Source of the DNA: Hyaloraphidium curvatum SAG 235-1
Taxonomy: Eukaryota > Fungi > Monoblepharomycota
Assembly (NCBI GenBank): GCA_025558095.1
Contig: JAIVFI010000041.1
Location: 248,001 to 312,000 of the forward strand
DNA: 64,000 bases
Direction: 5' to 3'
The notes under the pieces are model-generated. The model saw only the letters and a program-made list of their open reading frames with translations, was not told the origin of the DNA and ran no database searches. A program made the position numbers and the translations under genes. Below are positions 23,358-35,946 of the stretch, one piece after another. Numbering within the stretch: position 1 is the first letter of the stretch; every line of letters starts with the position of its first letter.

Positions 23358-24207
23358 ACAAGGTACGTGTCCGAAGCGACGACGGGTTTTGCCGGGCGAG
23401 GATGTTCTTCCTTGTCACTTTGTCGGAGTCTCCGGACCGCGACGACACTCTTTCAACACTACCTCTTTGTTCCGAGCCCCTTTCGGACAAACGGTGTCGG
23501 CCTGAGTGATTGACCAACCCGAGCTGACCAGCTCCTTTTCGTAGGGCTCTATCACACGAAGAGTTTCAATGTCAGACATTCTGCCGCCTCCGTGTCAGTG
23601 CGGTCGGCAGCTGTCAGCGCGCGCACGAGGCTCACCTTGTGTTTGAAGTTCACGTCGAGCGCCCTTAATGGTATGCGGAAGTTACGCTCTCCCATGACTC
23701 AGGAGCCACCCGTGCGCAAATTTCGCAGACCGTCCGTCTGCATCTGGAGATAAAGTTCGCAGAGCAAGGCTTTTCGCAGAGCAAGGCTTTCTGATATCGT
23801 CCTCACCGACGATCTGTCATGACGCGGCTCCTGCTTCGGTCCGCTCAGCTCGGAATGCGTATTCACTTCGGGTCCTTCCGTTGGGTCCGGATTGGGCCAA
23901 AATGAGTCGATCCCCACATACGTCATCAACGGCAGCAACCGAATCATTGTTCAGGACCTTGCCACATTTGCTGGGCTACCGCGCGAGACCGAGCGCAGCC
24001 TGCAGGCCTCGATAGCTCGCCCGTCCAGCTTGCGCCTCCAACGCCGTAGGCCACCTGAAAAGAAGGCGGCGCACGCTTTCGGGAGCAAGCATTGGTGTCT
24101 CGGGCAAATCGGGACATACAGGGTGCACGGCACCCCTCAGGCAGCCCGATTGAAGTCCCGTTGCCCCTCCTTGACCGCCAGCCCGTAGCGCAAGCCAAGG
24201 CCCTTCT

Positions 24208-25680
24208 TCACGACGGACAGGTGCTCTCCACCGTAATCACCACCCCCGCCCCCCGCAGCAGCCCCCACATCCCCACCGCGACCGTCAGCAGCGTCGCCAC
24301 CGCCCCCCTCGCCGCGCCCTCCCTCACCTGCGACCCGAACAGCCTCGCGCCCCCGGCGTCGGCCTGCGCGATGCACGAGGACAGCAGCGCATCGCGGGCG
24401 CGCAAAGCCGAGGCGATCGCGGGGGAGAGGGAGGGGTGCCGCGAGATGAGGATGCGCAGCTTGTGCCGCGCGGCGAGGCACGCGGCGCGGTGGTCGAAGA
24501 TGCCCGCGTTGCGGGCCGACGCGGAGCCCAGGGCGACCGAGAACGAGAAGGCGTGGAGGAGGAGGAAGCCGGCGATCCAGGCGGGGACGCAGCCGCCCGT
24601 GACGGCGAAGGCGGCGAGGCCGGCTAGGGCGGTGGCGGCGTGCATGAGGGTGTAGGCGGAGAGCGGGGCGGCGACGGTTTCCGAGGTCCATTCGGCGCCG
24701 ACCAGGGAGTGCAGGACGGAAAAGGTTTCCTCGGCTTCGAGGACGCGGAGGGCGGTGTGTTCGTCCGGGCAGGAGGCGGCCGCGGTGCAGCGATCGAGGA
24801 GGGAGGCGAGCGCCGCATTGAGGGCGCGGTTCCGCGTACGCCGGACGAAGCCGGCGGACGGCCAGCTGACCCAGAGGTCGAGGAGGGAGAGCATGCCGAC
24901 GATGTTGCCTAGGATTCCGAAGCAGAGGGCGAGGGCGCCCAAGATGGCCGTCCACCAGGTTGTCCAGAAGGGATTGCCCAGGGTGACGAACGCCGAATAC
25001 ATGGTTAGGAAGTCGCAGACGACGAAGGTCGCGGCAGTGTTGAGTACGGGTACGGCGATGCGCATCCAGCCAAAGGTGAGGACCAGCTTTCCGCCGCACG
25101 AGGGACCTGGGCAGGGGCAGAGCGGGTCCGAGGCGTGGTGCTTGAACAGGTCCCCCGTGGGCTCCCCGCACGCCGTCCCATCCCCGCCCGTGGTGCCCTT
25201 CTCCAAGTTGTGCGCCGACGTCGCCCGAGTGGCCTGTGCCCACCTCGCCGCGCCGGCCATAGGGTGCCAGGACATGTCCCGACTTTCCCAGGGCTCGTTC
25301 CACCCGCCGCCCAGCAGGGCCACCCGCGCGAGCTCCAGCGCGGCTATGACTGCAAGTACGGCGACCCACGTGTCCCTGGCAGGCTTCGAGAAGGCGGCCG
25401 CGGCCTCGGGCAGGCCGAACGCGGCGGCCGAGGGGACCGCAACGATGAGGATGCTGTGCAGGAAGTACGTTGGGCGCGCCGTTACACGTTTCGGCACTTT
25501 AAGCGAGGCCGCGGTCGGGAGGCGCAGCAGAGGAGGCAGTGCGGCGAGGAATGTTTGCAGGTCGAACGGCTCGCGAGCCGCCGCGCCCGGGTCGTCCTCG
25601 GGCGGCGGCACCGGCAGCAGCGCCGCCCATTCCGCGGGGGTGAAGCGGATCGGCGATGGTATCGGAACATGAGGATCCAT
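24208..25680 (-). CDS. 7-TM membrane protein, family member A (candidate GRL/DUF3537-like 7TM ion channel)
   Basis: About 7 hydrophobic segments, HHASDPLCPCPGPSC, GGCVPAW and C-terminal ARLFGSQVREGAARGAVATLLTVAVGMWGLLRGAG. Paralogous to the genes at 56559 and 60952. Confidence 0.75.
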   Translation of the reverse strand: MDPHVPIPSPIRFTPAEWAALLPVPPPEDDPGAAAREPFDLQTFLAALPPLLRLPTAASLKVPKRVTARPTYFLHSILIVAVPSAAAFGLPEAAAAFSKPARDTWVAVLAVIAALELARVALLGGGWNEPWESRDMSWHPMAGAARWAQATRATSAHNLEKGTTGGDGTACGEPTGDLFKHHASDPLCPCPGPSCGGKLVLTFGWMRIAVPVLNTAATFVVCDFLTMYSAFVTLGNPFWTTWWTAILGALALCFGILGNIVGMLSLLDLWVSWPSAGFVRRTRNRALNAALASLLDRCTAAASCPDEHTALRVLEAEETFSVLHSLVGAEWTSETVAAPLSAYTLMHAATALAGLAAFAVTGGCVPAWIAGFLLLHAFSFSVALGSASARNAGIFDHRAACLAARHKLRILISRHPSLSPAIASALRARDALLSSCIAQADAGGARLFGSQVREGAARGAVATLLTVAVGMWGLLRGAGVVITVESTCPS

Positions 25681-25955
25681 CGGCTCGGCCCGTTGGAGGT
25701 CGGCCGGGCCCACCAAACAGAGGCGAAAACGGATGACGGCCGGGTGGCGGCGACGAGCTAGTGACGTGAACACCAACGACCTCCACTTCAAGCTGCAGCC
25801 GGGGCCTTACGCACGGAAGCCGGAAGCAGGTCGGCTTTTTATCACTACACGGGCAACAGGACGCGTTTCGGACCCCGATTCGCTCCGCGGTGCCCCCTCC
25901 TTCTCTCGCGACTGCCCAAGGGCTCCCGCGTGTCTCCCAGGCCTCCTGCCGCACA

Positions 25956-26630
25956 ATGACCACCAACCCAACCTCTTCCTCCCCTCCCGACGCGTCTTCC
26001 GACCCGCAGTCCCTCGCCGCCTCCTCCCTCCGTCGCCTCGGCCACGCCCTCGCCTCCCGCTCCCTCCCCCCCGCCGCCTCGCTGTTCCTCGCGGCGCAGC
26101 TGGACTCCCTCGCCGCGTCGATCGCGCACCACCCCCCGCGGACGACGCAGCCGACGCTTCCGACGGGCCGCGAGGCGGAGGAGGGGAGGGGGTTCCCGTT
26201 CGACGCGCACTCGATCGTCGCCGGGCCGAGGAACCCGTTCGGCATCGGCGCGGGCTACCGCCGGCGGGGGGACACCTGCGTCGCGGCGTGCACCTTTGGC
26301 CGGGCGTTCGAGGGGCCCGCGGGGAGGGTGCACGGGGGGGCGGTGGCGATGGTGGTGGACGAGTGCACGGCGGCGGCCGTGAAGATGCTGGGGTTGATTG
26401 CGTTCACGGGTAGCATGTCGGTGCGGCTGCTCAGGGCGGCACCTCTGGACGTGGAGGTCGAGTTCGTGGCGAGGGTGGACAGGAGGGAGGGGAGGAAGCT
26501 GTTCGTGTCGTGCGTCGGGAAGGGGCCCGAGGGCGTGTTTGTCGAAGCGGAGGCGGTCTACATCGAGGCGAAGCCGGCGGGATCGGGTGCCGGGGCAGGG
26601 GCGGGAGCCGACGCGATGGCCAAGCTGTGA
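25956..26630 (+). CDS. Hotdog-fold acyl-CoA thioesterase (PaaI/THEM4-like)
   Basis: Motifs FEGPAGRVHGGAVAMVVDE, FTGSMSV and REGRKLFV. Confidence 0.9.
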   Translation: MTTNPTSSSPPDASSDPQSLAASSLRRLGHALASRSLPPAASLFLAAQLDSLAASIAHHPPRTTQPTLPTGREAEEGRGFPFDAHSIVAGPRNPFGIGAGYRRRGDTCVAACTFGRAFEGPAGRVHGGAVAMVVDECTAAAVKMLGLIAFTGSMSVRLLRAAPLDVEVEFVARVDRREGRKLFVSCVGKGPEGVFVEAEAVYIEAKPAGSGAGAGAGADAMAKL

Positions 26631-26930
26631 CGGCCTGTGGCACGACTGCTCGCCGGGCAGTCCCGTCCTCGTAGCCGAGGCCGGAGCGGCGGACTCGGTT
26701 TCGCGGTTGCTGCCAGGGCATCGGGCCAGGCCGGGCCATCCACCCCAGGAAACCGGTCACAGTAGATCAGGAGACACTAGAATAACTAGATTGATGCTGC
26801 TTCCTCTTCCTTGCCGTGGATGCGGGGGTTTGCCACCGCGGCAAACCTGTAGCCCCAATTGGCGCATTCGCGCCCACCGGCTCCCGGAACAACCGTTGCC
26901 GAACACCCCGCCCCCGCTCACCCCGCCGCC

Positions 26931-28793
26931 ATGTCCATCGCCGTCGCCAACCCGTACGTGTGGTGGCACCCCGCCGCCGAGTCGCGCGCGCCGGCGTCGC
27001 CGCCGGAGCTGCCCGTTGTCATCGGCGTCGCCGACGTGCGGCAGAAGGGCGTGCCGCTCGACGAGGCCAAGGAGCCGCTGGCGCTCATGGCCGACGCGGT
27101 GCGCGCGGCCGCGGAGGACAGCGGCAACGCGGCGGGCGTGCTGGCGGGGCTCGACTCGGTGTCGATCACGTCGACGTGGACGTGGTGGGTGGCCGCGCTC
27201 CTGTGGACCACGGGATGGGGGCTAATGGCAGCAGGGAGTACGCCGACCTGCCCAGCCAGCTCGCCAGGGCGCTCGGCAAGGACCCCGACGCCATCTCGCG
27301 GCGCGAGTACACCTCGCACGCGGGCAACCAGCCCGGCAGGCTGTTCGACGACGCGTGCAAGAACGTCGCAGCGGGCAGGGTCCGCATCGCCGTGGTGACG
27401 GGCGGCGAGGCGCTCGACAGCCTGCAGAAGTTCGCCAACGCGAGGAGGCAGCCGCCGTGGACGCCGTCGGCGCGCAAGGTGGCGGGGACCGTGGGCAGGC
27501 CGGGGGAGGGGATCCAGGGGGACACGGTGCACATCCGCCACGGTGGGCCGCCTGCCTGCCTGCCGGGCTGCAGGCCTCCGGAGCTGATTCCTCGTGCCGT
27601 CTGGCAGGCGCCTTTGCACCGATCCACTTCTACCCGATGGTCGAGAACGCGCTGCGCGCGCGCCGCGGGCAGTCGTACGCCGACAACGAGCGCGAGTCGG
27701 CCGAGCTGTACGCCGAGTTTGCGCGCAACGCGGCCAAGCTCCCCGCGGCGTGGAACCACGGGTCGATCAAGACGCGGGAGGAGATCCAGACCGTGGGGGA
27801 GAAGAACAGGATGATCTGCTACCCCTGTGCGTTTTCTCGCCGCCGCGGAAGAATAAGTCATCCCGCTGACCTTCGGTGCAGACCCCCTGCTCCAGAACGC
27901 CTTCAACACCGTCAACCTCGCCGGCGCCGTCATCGTCACCTCGCTCCGCGTCGCACGCGAGCTCGGCATCCCCGACTCGAAGCTGGCCTACCCGCTCGGC
28001 GGCGCCGGCACCTCGGACAGCGGGGACTACCTCCTGCGGCCGTACTACGACCGCAGCAACTCGATCGCGCACAGCCTGGACATGGCGATGAGGGTGTCCA
28101 ACGTGACGATCAAGGACATCGACGCGCTCGACATCTACAGCTGCTTCCCGATCGTGCCCAAGCTCGCCTGGTGGGTTCCCGCGGCGTGCACCCCGGGCCG
28201 ACCGGACTGACCGCCCCCGGGCACGCAGCATCCACCTCGGCGTCCCCATCGTCAACCCCCCGATCCCCATCTCCATCTGCGGCGGCCTGACCTCCTTCGG
28301 CGGCGCCGGCAACAACTACTCCCTGCACTCGCTCGCCGAGATGGTCCGCCGCATCCGCGCGGGCACCACCAAGACCGGCCTGGTGCTCTGCAACGGCGGC
28401 TACTCGACCTACATCCACGTCTGCGTGCTCGGCAGCCGGCCCAACGGGATGGAGTACCCCTCGGGGACGTACCTGCCCGCGCTGCTGGACGCGCCCAGGC
28501 CGCCGGCGCTGGTGGAGCGCGTGGGCGCCGAGCCGCAGCCGTGCTTCGTCGAGACCTATACGGTCGACTACGACCGCAAGGGCAAGCCCGTCAGGCTCAT
28601 CGCCATCGTGCGGATGAATTCCGCGGGGAGGGAGCGCGCGCTGTGCAACGGCCGCGACGCGGCGGCGATACAGGCGGCGGTGCGGGCCAGGGACGAGGGG
28701 AGGGAGGTGGTGGGGATGCGCGGGTTCGTGGCGGGGGACGGGAAGGGGCGCAACGTGTTCTGGTTCGCCGAGGGGGAGACGGCGAGGATGTGA
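26931..28793 (+). CDS. Thiolase-like protein type 1 (paralog of 5693-7553), 5 exons
   Basis: Motifs HAGNQP, YPMVENA, NRMICYP, DIYSCFPIVPK, GGLTSFGGAGNNYSLH and VETYTV. Introns at about 27185-27234, 27543-27608, 27826-27881 and 28170-28228. Confidence 0.88.
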
Positions 28794-28998
28794 GGGGGGG
28801 GTCCGGGCCGGTCGTGCCGTGCACCCCCGGGGAAAAAGGCGGTCTTGTAGTTGCTTCGCAGAGTGGACCCACGCATTGGAAAAATGGGGAACTCGGCGAC
28901 GCCTTCGGGACCTGTGGGACGCGCGGCCGGATGGGTGCGGACACCGCACTGTGGCTGGGGACGTTCCCTGATTCCTGACTCCCGGTCGGCCGGCCGCC

Positions 28999-31470
28999 AT
29001 GTCGACGCCCGATGCCGACGGCGAAGGCGGGACGGCGATGACCCGCGGACGGCTTTCGTGCCTCGTGGGTGGCGGGCGTGCTCTGCGGGGAGGCGGCGTT
29101 CTGACTCCCCGCCCTCCGCGCTCTTGGACCCCGACGCCCCGCCCCATCGCGCCCCTCTGACGGCCCGCCGCATGTCCGCCGCATGTGCATGTGGTTTGTT
29201 TGCTGTCCTGTTCGCAGCCGTGCCGCTCGCGCAAGGTGCGGTGCCTGGGCGGCCAGCCGTGCGAGGGCTGCACGCGGCGCGGCCTGCAGTGCGAGTACGC
29301 GGGGCGCCAACCAAGAGGGAAGCGGAAGGCGTCTGCGCGCGTGCCGACGTTCGAGGAGCTGATGGAGATGGCGGCGCGCGCGGCGGGCGGGGCGGTCGAG
29401 GCGGCGGCCGCCGTGCGGGGCGCCAGCTGGTCGTCGCCGCCGCCGCAGGGCAGCCCCGGCTCGGCGTCGGGCTCGGCGTCGTCGCTGACCTCGCTGGGGC
29501 CGCACACGCTGCTGGGCCCGCACGCGCTGGCCGCGCCCGCCGTCGACCCCGCGCCGCTGATGCCGTTCCCCGACGAGGACCTGCCGCTGCTGTCCTCCGA
29601 GGGCTTCAACTGCCTCATGCTGGCGTACTACCGCCTGCCGCAGCACCCGCGGCCAACCGTGTCGCCCGTGCTGCGCCAGCTGGGCCAGCACCCGCTGCTG
29701 GTCGCATCGCAGCTGTGGGCCGGCTGCCTGTTCTCGATGGACGACGCCTTTGCCCGCCTCGCGGGCATCCCGCCCGCCATGCTCGGCACCGCACCCGGCG
29801 ACTCGCGCGCCCCGCTCTCCCTGCCCGCGCTGTCGCGCCAGCTCGGCCGCCTGGTGCGCAGGCTGATGGGCGCGGAGCTGCCGCGCATGCTCGACGAGCT
29901 GGCCTGGACCGAGGGCGCGCAGGGCGCAGGCGCGGCGTGGCCCATCTCGCCGGGCAACCTGGCCGTGCTGGTGGCCATCGCCACCGTGCCCAGGGTGCTG
30001 CTCAAGGTCGGCCAGCCCGCCAGCGCGGCCGCGCTGCTCCGCACGGGGCTGGACCTCGTCAGGAGGCTGGGGCCGCACCTGACCTTTGCGCTGAGCGTCG
30101 AGGCCGGCGCCGACGTGGACGACACCACGGTTGCGGCACAAATCAGGCAGTCCGAGTGGATGTTGCAGCAGCAATGGGTGCGGGCCGCGTGGTCCATCAT
30201 GGGCATGGAGCTGTGGGTTCATCGCTCGCCAGTTGCCTCTTCCACGAGCTGATCCATCTCCCTGTGCGCGTTTCGCAGCGGCCGATGCGGCCTCCAGCAG
30301 AAATCCGCCCTCCTCCTCTCCCCCCTGCGCGACGTGCCCAACCTGCGCCTGCCCGCCCCGGACCACCAGGTCATGCGCCGCTCCTGGACCATGTCGATCG
30401 CCGACGGCCCCACCGGCTCGGGCGACCTCGCGATCGCCGGCGTCCCCGCCTCCCCCCCGCCCCACCCCGACGACACCTTCGGCGAGATCCTCGGCTGCCT
30501 CTTCCTCCCCTACGGCTCCCCCGAATCCCCCGGCGGCTTCTCCTCCCGGCGCCGCGCCATCCTCTCGCGCCAAATTTCCGGCATGCGCGACGCCGGACCC
30601 GTGCCCCTCCGCCTGGTCACGCTGCACGCCATGGCCGCGCTCTCCGAGTACAACCTCTGGCTCTCCGGCGAGGGCCTGTCGATGCTCGATGCCATCGTCG
30701 CCGACGGCCTGGCATCCAAGGACCCCGCGCTGCTCCGCGAGCGTGCGGTCGGCGAGGCCGTGGGGCGGCGCAGGGCGCTGCTCGAGGGCCTGGCGGCGGT
30801 CGAGGCCGCGCTGCCGGGCGAGGTGGCCGCGCGGCACGAGGCCGGGGACTTCATGGGCCTCGTCGGGTATGCGGAGCGCAACTGGGCGCCGGCGACGGTG
30901 CATTCGGCCTCGGGACTGTTCGAGGGCCTGGTGTGGCTCGCGGCGGCGCAGATCCTGCTCCGCTCGCCGGAACCCTTCTCGGACCGCGCGCTGCACGCCG
31001 CGCCGCCGGCCGATCCGGCGGCGGGACGGCCCGACCCCGTGGCCCCGTGGCGGTTCTGGCTCTCCACGCCCGACTTTGCCGCCGCCTCGCGGCAGGCCAT
31101 CCTCGTTTCGCGGTACGCCCGCGCGTGCACGCTGTTCCTCCGGGGCGACCTCGCGCCCGTGGACCCGTCGCTCGCGCCGGTCCCGCTGGCGTCGCCGCTG
31201 CTCCCGTACGCGCTCGTCTACGCGGGATGGCTGCACGCCGTGTCGCTGGGCTTTTTGCGGGGGTCCCCGGCCGCCGCGCAGGTCCGCGAGGACCTGGACG
31301 CCTGCGCGGCGCTCCTGTCGGCCAACCACTGGCGCCAGGTGGATCCGCTCGTCAAGGTGCTGGTGAGGATGTCGGCGATGGCGGGCGGGGGGCCGACCGA
31401 GGCGGAGCGCGAGGGGCTGGTGCTCCTGCGCGAGGCCGGCGGGGAGAGCGACGCCGAGACGCTGGTGTGA
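28999..31470 (+). CDS. Zn(II)2Cys6 fungal transcription factor
   Basis: Exon 1 ends ...RLSCL and splices (intron 29066-29217) to PCRSRKVRCLGGQPCEGCTRRGLQCEY. A second intron lies at about 30213-30278. Confidence 0.88.
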
Positions 31471-32243
31471 TCCGCGGGTCGTGTGGCTGTTGCTGTGTTG
31501 CGCCGCGAAGGTGCGCGCCGAATATTTGCTTGCCGTGTTGTCAGAGAGTGTGCATCAATCGTAAGGTTGCGCCGGCGAGAGTTTGCATGCTCCGGCGGTG
31601 GCCGTCCGCGATCCAGGTCGAATCGAGGCGTGCTGGTTGCTGCCATACAGGAAGGACGGTTGCATCCGGTCGGGCAGGTTTGGTTGTCCTGTGTTTGGCG
31701 GGGGCCGAGCTGCCAGACCAACCCCGGAATGCGATAAGTCCGTTCGCCGTCCGTCCTTCAGTTGCTGGCTGCTGTGCAGGATCGAGCGGTCGGAAGGGAC
31801 AGGGATGAGGGGGATCTTCCACTCGCGCGTTGGTCCTCCGCCCAGAAGCCCGGACCGACATTCCAATTTCTCCGCCCGGAAGCCCGGAGCCCGGCACTAT
31901 TGTTCTTTGCCGTCCGATGGCCGATCCGGCCGAGTCGGCCGTTAGTGGAAGCCGAGGCCGTGCCACGGTGGCCGAGTGCCGGTCTCCCGTACGCAACGAT
32001 GCATCACTGCTTCCAAACGTGCGTTACTTGTTCCATGGAAGTTGATCCGCACAGAACCAGCCAGGGCCGCCGTAGATGGCCGGGCCTGGCGTCGGCGGAT
32101 AATCGTGGGAGTTCCTTGCGGGAGGCAGTGCGCGCAGCGTTACGTCAGGGTGAGCCACTTTCTTCCTCCCCCACGGCAAGCGCGAAATCTCCCCGGAAAG
32201 AGCCTCCCGGGCGAGCCGCGCCTTCGGAACGACCCCTCAGCCG

Positions 32244-34212
32244 ATGTCCGCGTCGCCCGCCGCGGGAGCGCCGCACCGCCGCGTCGCCCACGTCGCCGCC
32301 GCGCTGTCCCCGCCCGCGATGCGCTGCGGGCCGCTGCCGCCCCCGTTCCTCCCCGCGCTGCGCAACACGCCCGAAGTCACCGCGCCGGTGCGGCTCGCGG
32401 TGCAGGGAACGCTGCCGCCGTGGCTCTCGGGGGTGCTCTACCGCGCGGGCCCGGGCACGTACGAGATCCCGCTGAGCCCCGAAGCCGCGAAGCGCACGGG
32501 CAAGGAAACCTACCGAATATCGCACTGGTTCGATGGGCTGTCGATGATACACCGTTTCGAGATCGCCCCCGGCGGCGAGGTCACCTACCGCTCGCGCAGC
32601 ACCGCCAAGGGCGTCGAGGAGCTGATCCGCGCCGAGGGCGGGACGTTGCTCTCCTTCGGGCAGGACCCCGACCCGTGCGTGTCGCTGCTGGGTCGCTTCA
32701 TGACCTTTTTCTCCACCGGGAGGCGCGCGTACGCGGCCCGCGGGGACCCGCCCGCCGCACGGCCCGACGGGCGCAACATCGGGGTCACCATTTCGCCCGA
32801 TTACCCCGTCCCCGGGGGCCCGGGCTCCGCGCCCGAGAAGCGGGGCGTGCCGCGGACATTGGTGGTCAAGACGGACCAGAACGCGCTGCAGACACTGGAC
32901 CCCGTGACGCTGGAGCCCCTGGGGACCTATGGCTACGAGGACTTGAACCCGGACGTGGCCAAGGGGCCGTTGAGCGCCGCGCACGCGCAGGTCGACCCCC
33001 GGACGGGGGAGCGGGTCAATTTCGTGGGTCTCTCGCCGCGCGAGGCGGTATCAGCTCACCTCGCGTCGCGCAGACCATGTCCCTAGGCCCGTCACCAAAG
33101 ATGAGCATCCTTTCGACGACGCTGGACGACCCGCGCGGCCGCATCCTCGCCACCTTCACCCCGCCTGCCACGACCTACATACACAGCTTCGCCATGACGG
33201 ACCGCTTCGTCGTCGTCCCCTTCTGGCCGTACCATTTCGGCACCGGCATGGGAATCCTCTGGTGGGTGCATTGCTTGCAGCCCGCCTACCCGCTCCCCCC
33301 GCTGATCCACGTCCCTCCCGGCCTGCGCAGGCACCAGAACCTCCTCGACGCACTGACTTGGGAGCCTTCGAGGAGCACCGTATTTGTCTTCATCTCCCGC
33401 AAGCACCACCGCGTCGTGGCCCTGTACTCCGCCCCACCCGCCTTCTGCTTCCGTACGCCCTCCCACGCGCCCTCCACCCACCTCCATCTGACTCGTGCTC
33501 CCCCCAGACACCATCTCCGCACACGACGCCGCCAACGGCGACCTCGTCCTCGACCTCGTCGGCCACCCCGACGCCTCCCTCGTCCGCGCCACCCGCCTGC
33601 GGTCCATCGAGCTCGGCGAACCCCGGGCTGGGGACGTACGGAGGTACGTGTTTCCCGACCCGGGACGGTTCGACCTTGCGGGCAGCGGACCGCCGGCGAG
33701 GGTCAAGGAGCGGGTGGTCCCGCGGATCCTGCATCCCGAGGCAGGGGTGGAGCTGCCCCGTGTGAACCCCGAGTACGCGGGGAAGGAGGGGCTGACGTGG
33801 GTGTACGCGCTGGCGGAGCGGGAGGACGAGGACGGGAGGAGGCTGATGTTTGCCGGGATCAAGAAGTTGGTGGGTCATCGGACGCGGGCACCGAGTGCAC
33901 GCGCAACGCCGCTGATCTGCGCATCCCCGTGGCGAACAGTCGCTCAAGGAGCCCCACACCGCAACGATGTGGTCCGAGCCCGGGCTCTACGCCGGCGAAC
34001 CGGTCTTCGTGCCCCGCCCCGGCGCGACGGACGAGGACGACGGCGTCCTGCTCACGGTCGCCTTCGACGCCGCGAGGACGTCGTCGGCGCTGGTGGTGCT
34101 GGATGCGCGGACGATGCGCGAGACGGCTCGGTGCGTGTTTGGGGGGGAGGGACACGTGGTCGGGTTCGGATTCCACGGGGCGTTCCACGGGATGGGGGAC
34201 AACGAGTACTAG
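32244..34212 (+). CDS. Carotenoid cleavage oxygenase (RPE65/CCD family)
   Basis: Motifs GVLYRAGPG, HWFDGL, ELPRVNP and EPVFVPRPGATDEDDGVLL. All four Fe-ligand His are present: SAAHAQVDP, YIHSFAMT, spliced FCFH|TI and GFHGAF. About 4 introns. Confidence 0.92.
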
Positions 34213-34290
34213 GAGAGCAGCGTGTACCGCGGCCGGCAATGTAGGTTCTGCACACCATCTCTCTGGAGACGATTTGCACGCCGGGGTGCG

Positions 34291-35946
34291 CTAGAACGGG
34301 TTCCACCACCTCGCCCACCGCACCAGGAACTCGGGCACCCTCCTCCCCTCCACCTCCCCCCCCATCGTTCCCTCTCCCCTCTTCCCTTTCCCTCCGTCCG
34401 CACCGTTCGGCCCCCCCGCGACCCACTTGGCCCCCGCCACGTCGTCCCGCGCGATCCAATCGAACACGTCGTCACCCATCTCGTCGGTCCCAGAGAACGG
34501 CCCCTCGATGATGGGGTCCGTGTGCGTCTTGCCCGGATAGAGCTTGCACGCCACGTTGGAAAAGATGGATGCCAGGGCGCCGGCGAACTGCGTCGAGGAG
34601 GACGAGGCGACGGACTTGTCGGCCGTCCCGTGGAGGAGCAAGACGGGGATCCCCGTCCACGCTTCCAAATCCTTGTCCTGCGCCGCGAGGCTCGCGAGCG
34701 TCTGGCCGTGGCGCCGCGAGCGCACCGCCCTGCCAATCGCGAGAGCCCGGTGCGACGGCGAGTACCCCCTGAGGTCGCCGTGGAAGATGTCGAGGACGAT
34801 GCGGCGGTTGAGCCCCTTTTCGAGGAACTTCAATCCGTGCAGGGGGACGTTGTAGGGGCCCGAGATGCCGATGTAGGAGCGGGGAGGGGGGTACGACGGA
34901 TACGTCTCCGCGGGGGAGAGGAACTCCTCGCGGTCGTCCGGCACAGGACTCCGCGAGATGTGGTACAGCGGGTCGTGCTTCAAGGTCGCCTGCACGTCCG
35001 GGGGCAGGTGCCGCGCGAGCTGGTCGAGCAGGCTGCACGCGCTCAGGTGCGCCCCCGCCGACTGGCCGACCAGGTGCAGGTTCGCGGGGTCGCCGCCGAG
35101 GGAGCCCGCTTCCGCGGCGACCCATTCCACGGCGCGGGTGACGTCGCGCAGCATCTCGCCGCACCGGCCCTGCGGGTAGTTGCGGTAGTCCGGCACGACC
35201 ACGACGATGCCGCGCCCCGAGAGGGAGAGGCCGAGGAGGGCGCCCCAGGCGCGGTAGCCGATGATCCATGCGCCGCCGGTCAGGAAGACGGCGATGGGGT
35301 ATCCCCTGTTCGGGGAGCCGGGCACCGCGTTGGGCGGCGCGACGCCGGGCGGGGGGAGGTAGATGTCGGCGTAGTTCCGCTCCCTGGCGCCGTATCGCAC
35401 GCCGCGGCGCACCCGCGGGCTGCGGTAGTACTCGACCATCACGGCGAGGAAGCCGGGCAGCAGGAAGAAGGTGAATGCCAGCAGCGCAAACAACTGGCCG
35501 AGCCATAGCCGCGCGAAGCCGAGCATTCCCGCCAGCCGCCCCGCCAGCCGCGCGACGACCGACACCTCGCGCACGACCTCCTCGGCGCGCCACTGCAGAT
35601 CGAGCAGGCGGTCCTCGACGTCGTCCAGGAACGGCGAGGTGACGTGGAGCAGCGTCGACAGCGACCGCTTCCGGCGGTGCTCGCCGGAGCCGGGCCGCGC
35701 GCGCGGCATCTCGGCCGGCGTCTGCAGCAGCCGCGGCGACAGCGGCGGCGGCGCGCCGAACACCGGCGGCGGCGTCGCCCACCTGGGAGCGTTGCCCCTC
35801 CGCACGGCGCCCTCTTCCTCCGGCCCCGCGACCAGCGTGCCCTGCGAGTCCCGCGCGGACCGCTGCGGCCAGCGGTCCTCCTCGTCCTGCATGCTGATCG
35901 CGGGGAGGTCCGCCGCTGGGGATTCGTCGTCGCCGGCACCTGTCAT
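34291..35946 (-). CDS. Isoprenylcysteine alpha-carbonyl methylesterase-like alpha/beta hydrolase (ICME-like)
   Basis: Motifs FLLPGF, FLTGGAWIIGYRAWGALLG, PDYRNYPQG, GQSAGAH, LHGTAD, KTHTDP and C-terminal NPF. Confidence 0.88.
   Translation of the reverse strand: MTGAGDDESPAADLPAISMQDEEDRWPQRSARDSQGTLVAGPEEEGAVRRGNAPRWATPPPVFGAPPPLSPRLLQTPAEMPRARPGSGEHRRKRSLSTLLHVTSPFLDDVEDRLLDLQWRAEEVVREVSVVARLAGRLAGMLGFARLWLGQLFALLAFTFFLLPGFLAVMVEYYRSPRVRRGVRYGARERNYADIYLPPPGVAPPNAVPGSPNRGYPIAVFLTGGAWIIGYRAWGALLGLSLSGRGIVVVVPDYRNYPQGRCGEMLRDVTRAVEWVAAEAGSLGGDPANLHLVGQSAGAHLSACSLLDQLARHLPPDVQATLKHDPLYHISRSPVPDDREEFLSPAETYPSYPPPRSYIGISGPYNVPLHGLKFLEKGLNRRIVLDIFHGDLRGYSPSHRALAIGRAVRSRRHGQTLASLAAQDKDLEAWTGIPVLLLHGTADKSVASSSSTQFAGALASIFSNVACKLYPGKTHTDPIIEGPFSGTDEMGDDVFDWIARDDVAGAKWVAGGPNGADGGKGKRGEGTMGGEVEGRRVPEFLVRWARWWNPF

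Noticed and set aside
23400-24150. Coding-like fragments on the minus strand and a 17-bp tandem duplication at 23756-23789
   Set aside because: Possibly a decayed gene, but I cannot support a family assignment or a consistent frame.
28597-31808. Very long ORFs of 910 aa (minus) and 985 aa (plus)
   Set aside because: These are Arg/Ala/Gly-rich antisense and off-frame shadows of the Zn2Cys6 gene caused by high GC. The same applies to most overlapping ORFs in the track.
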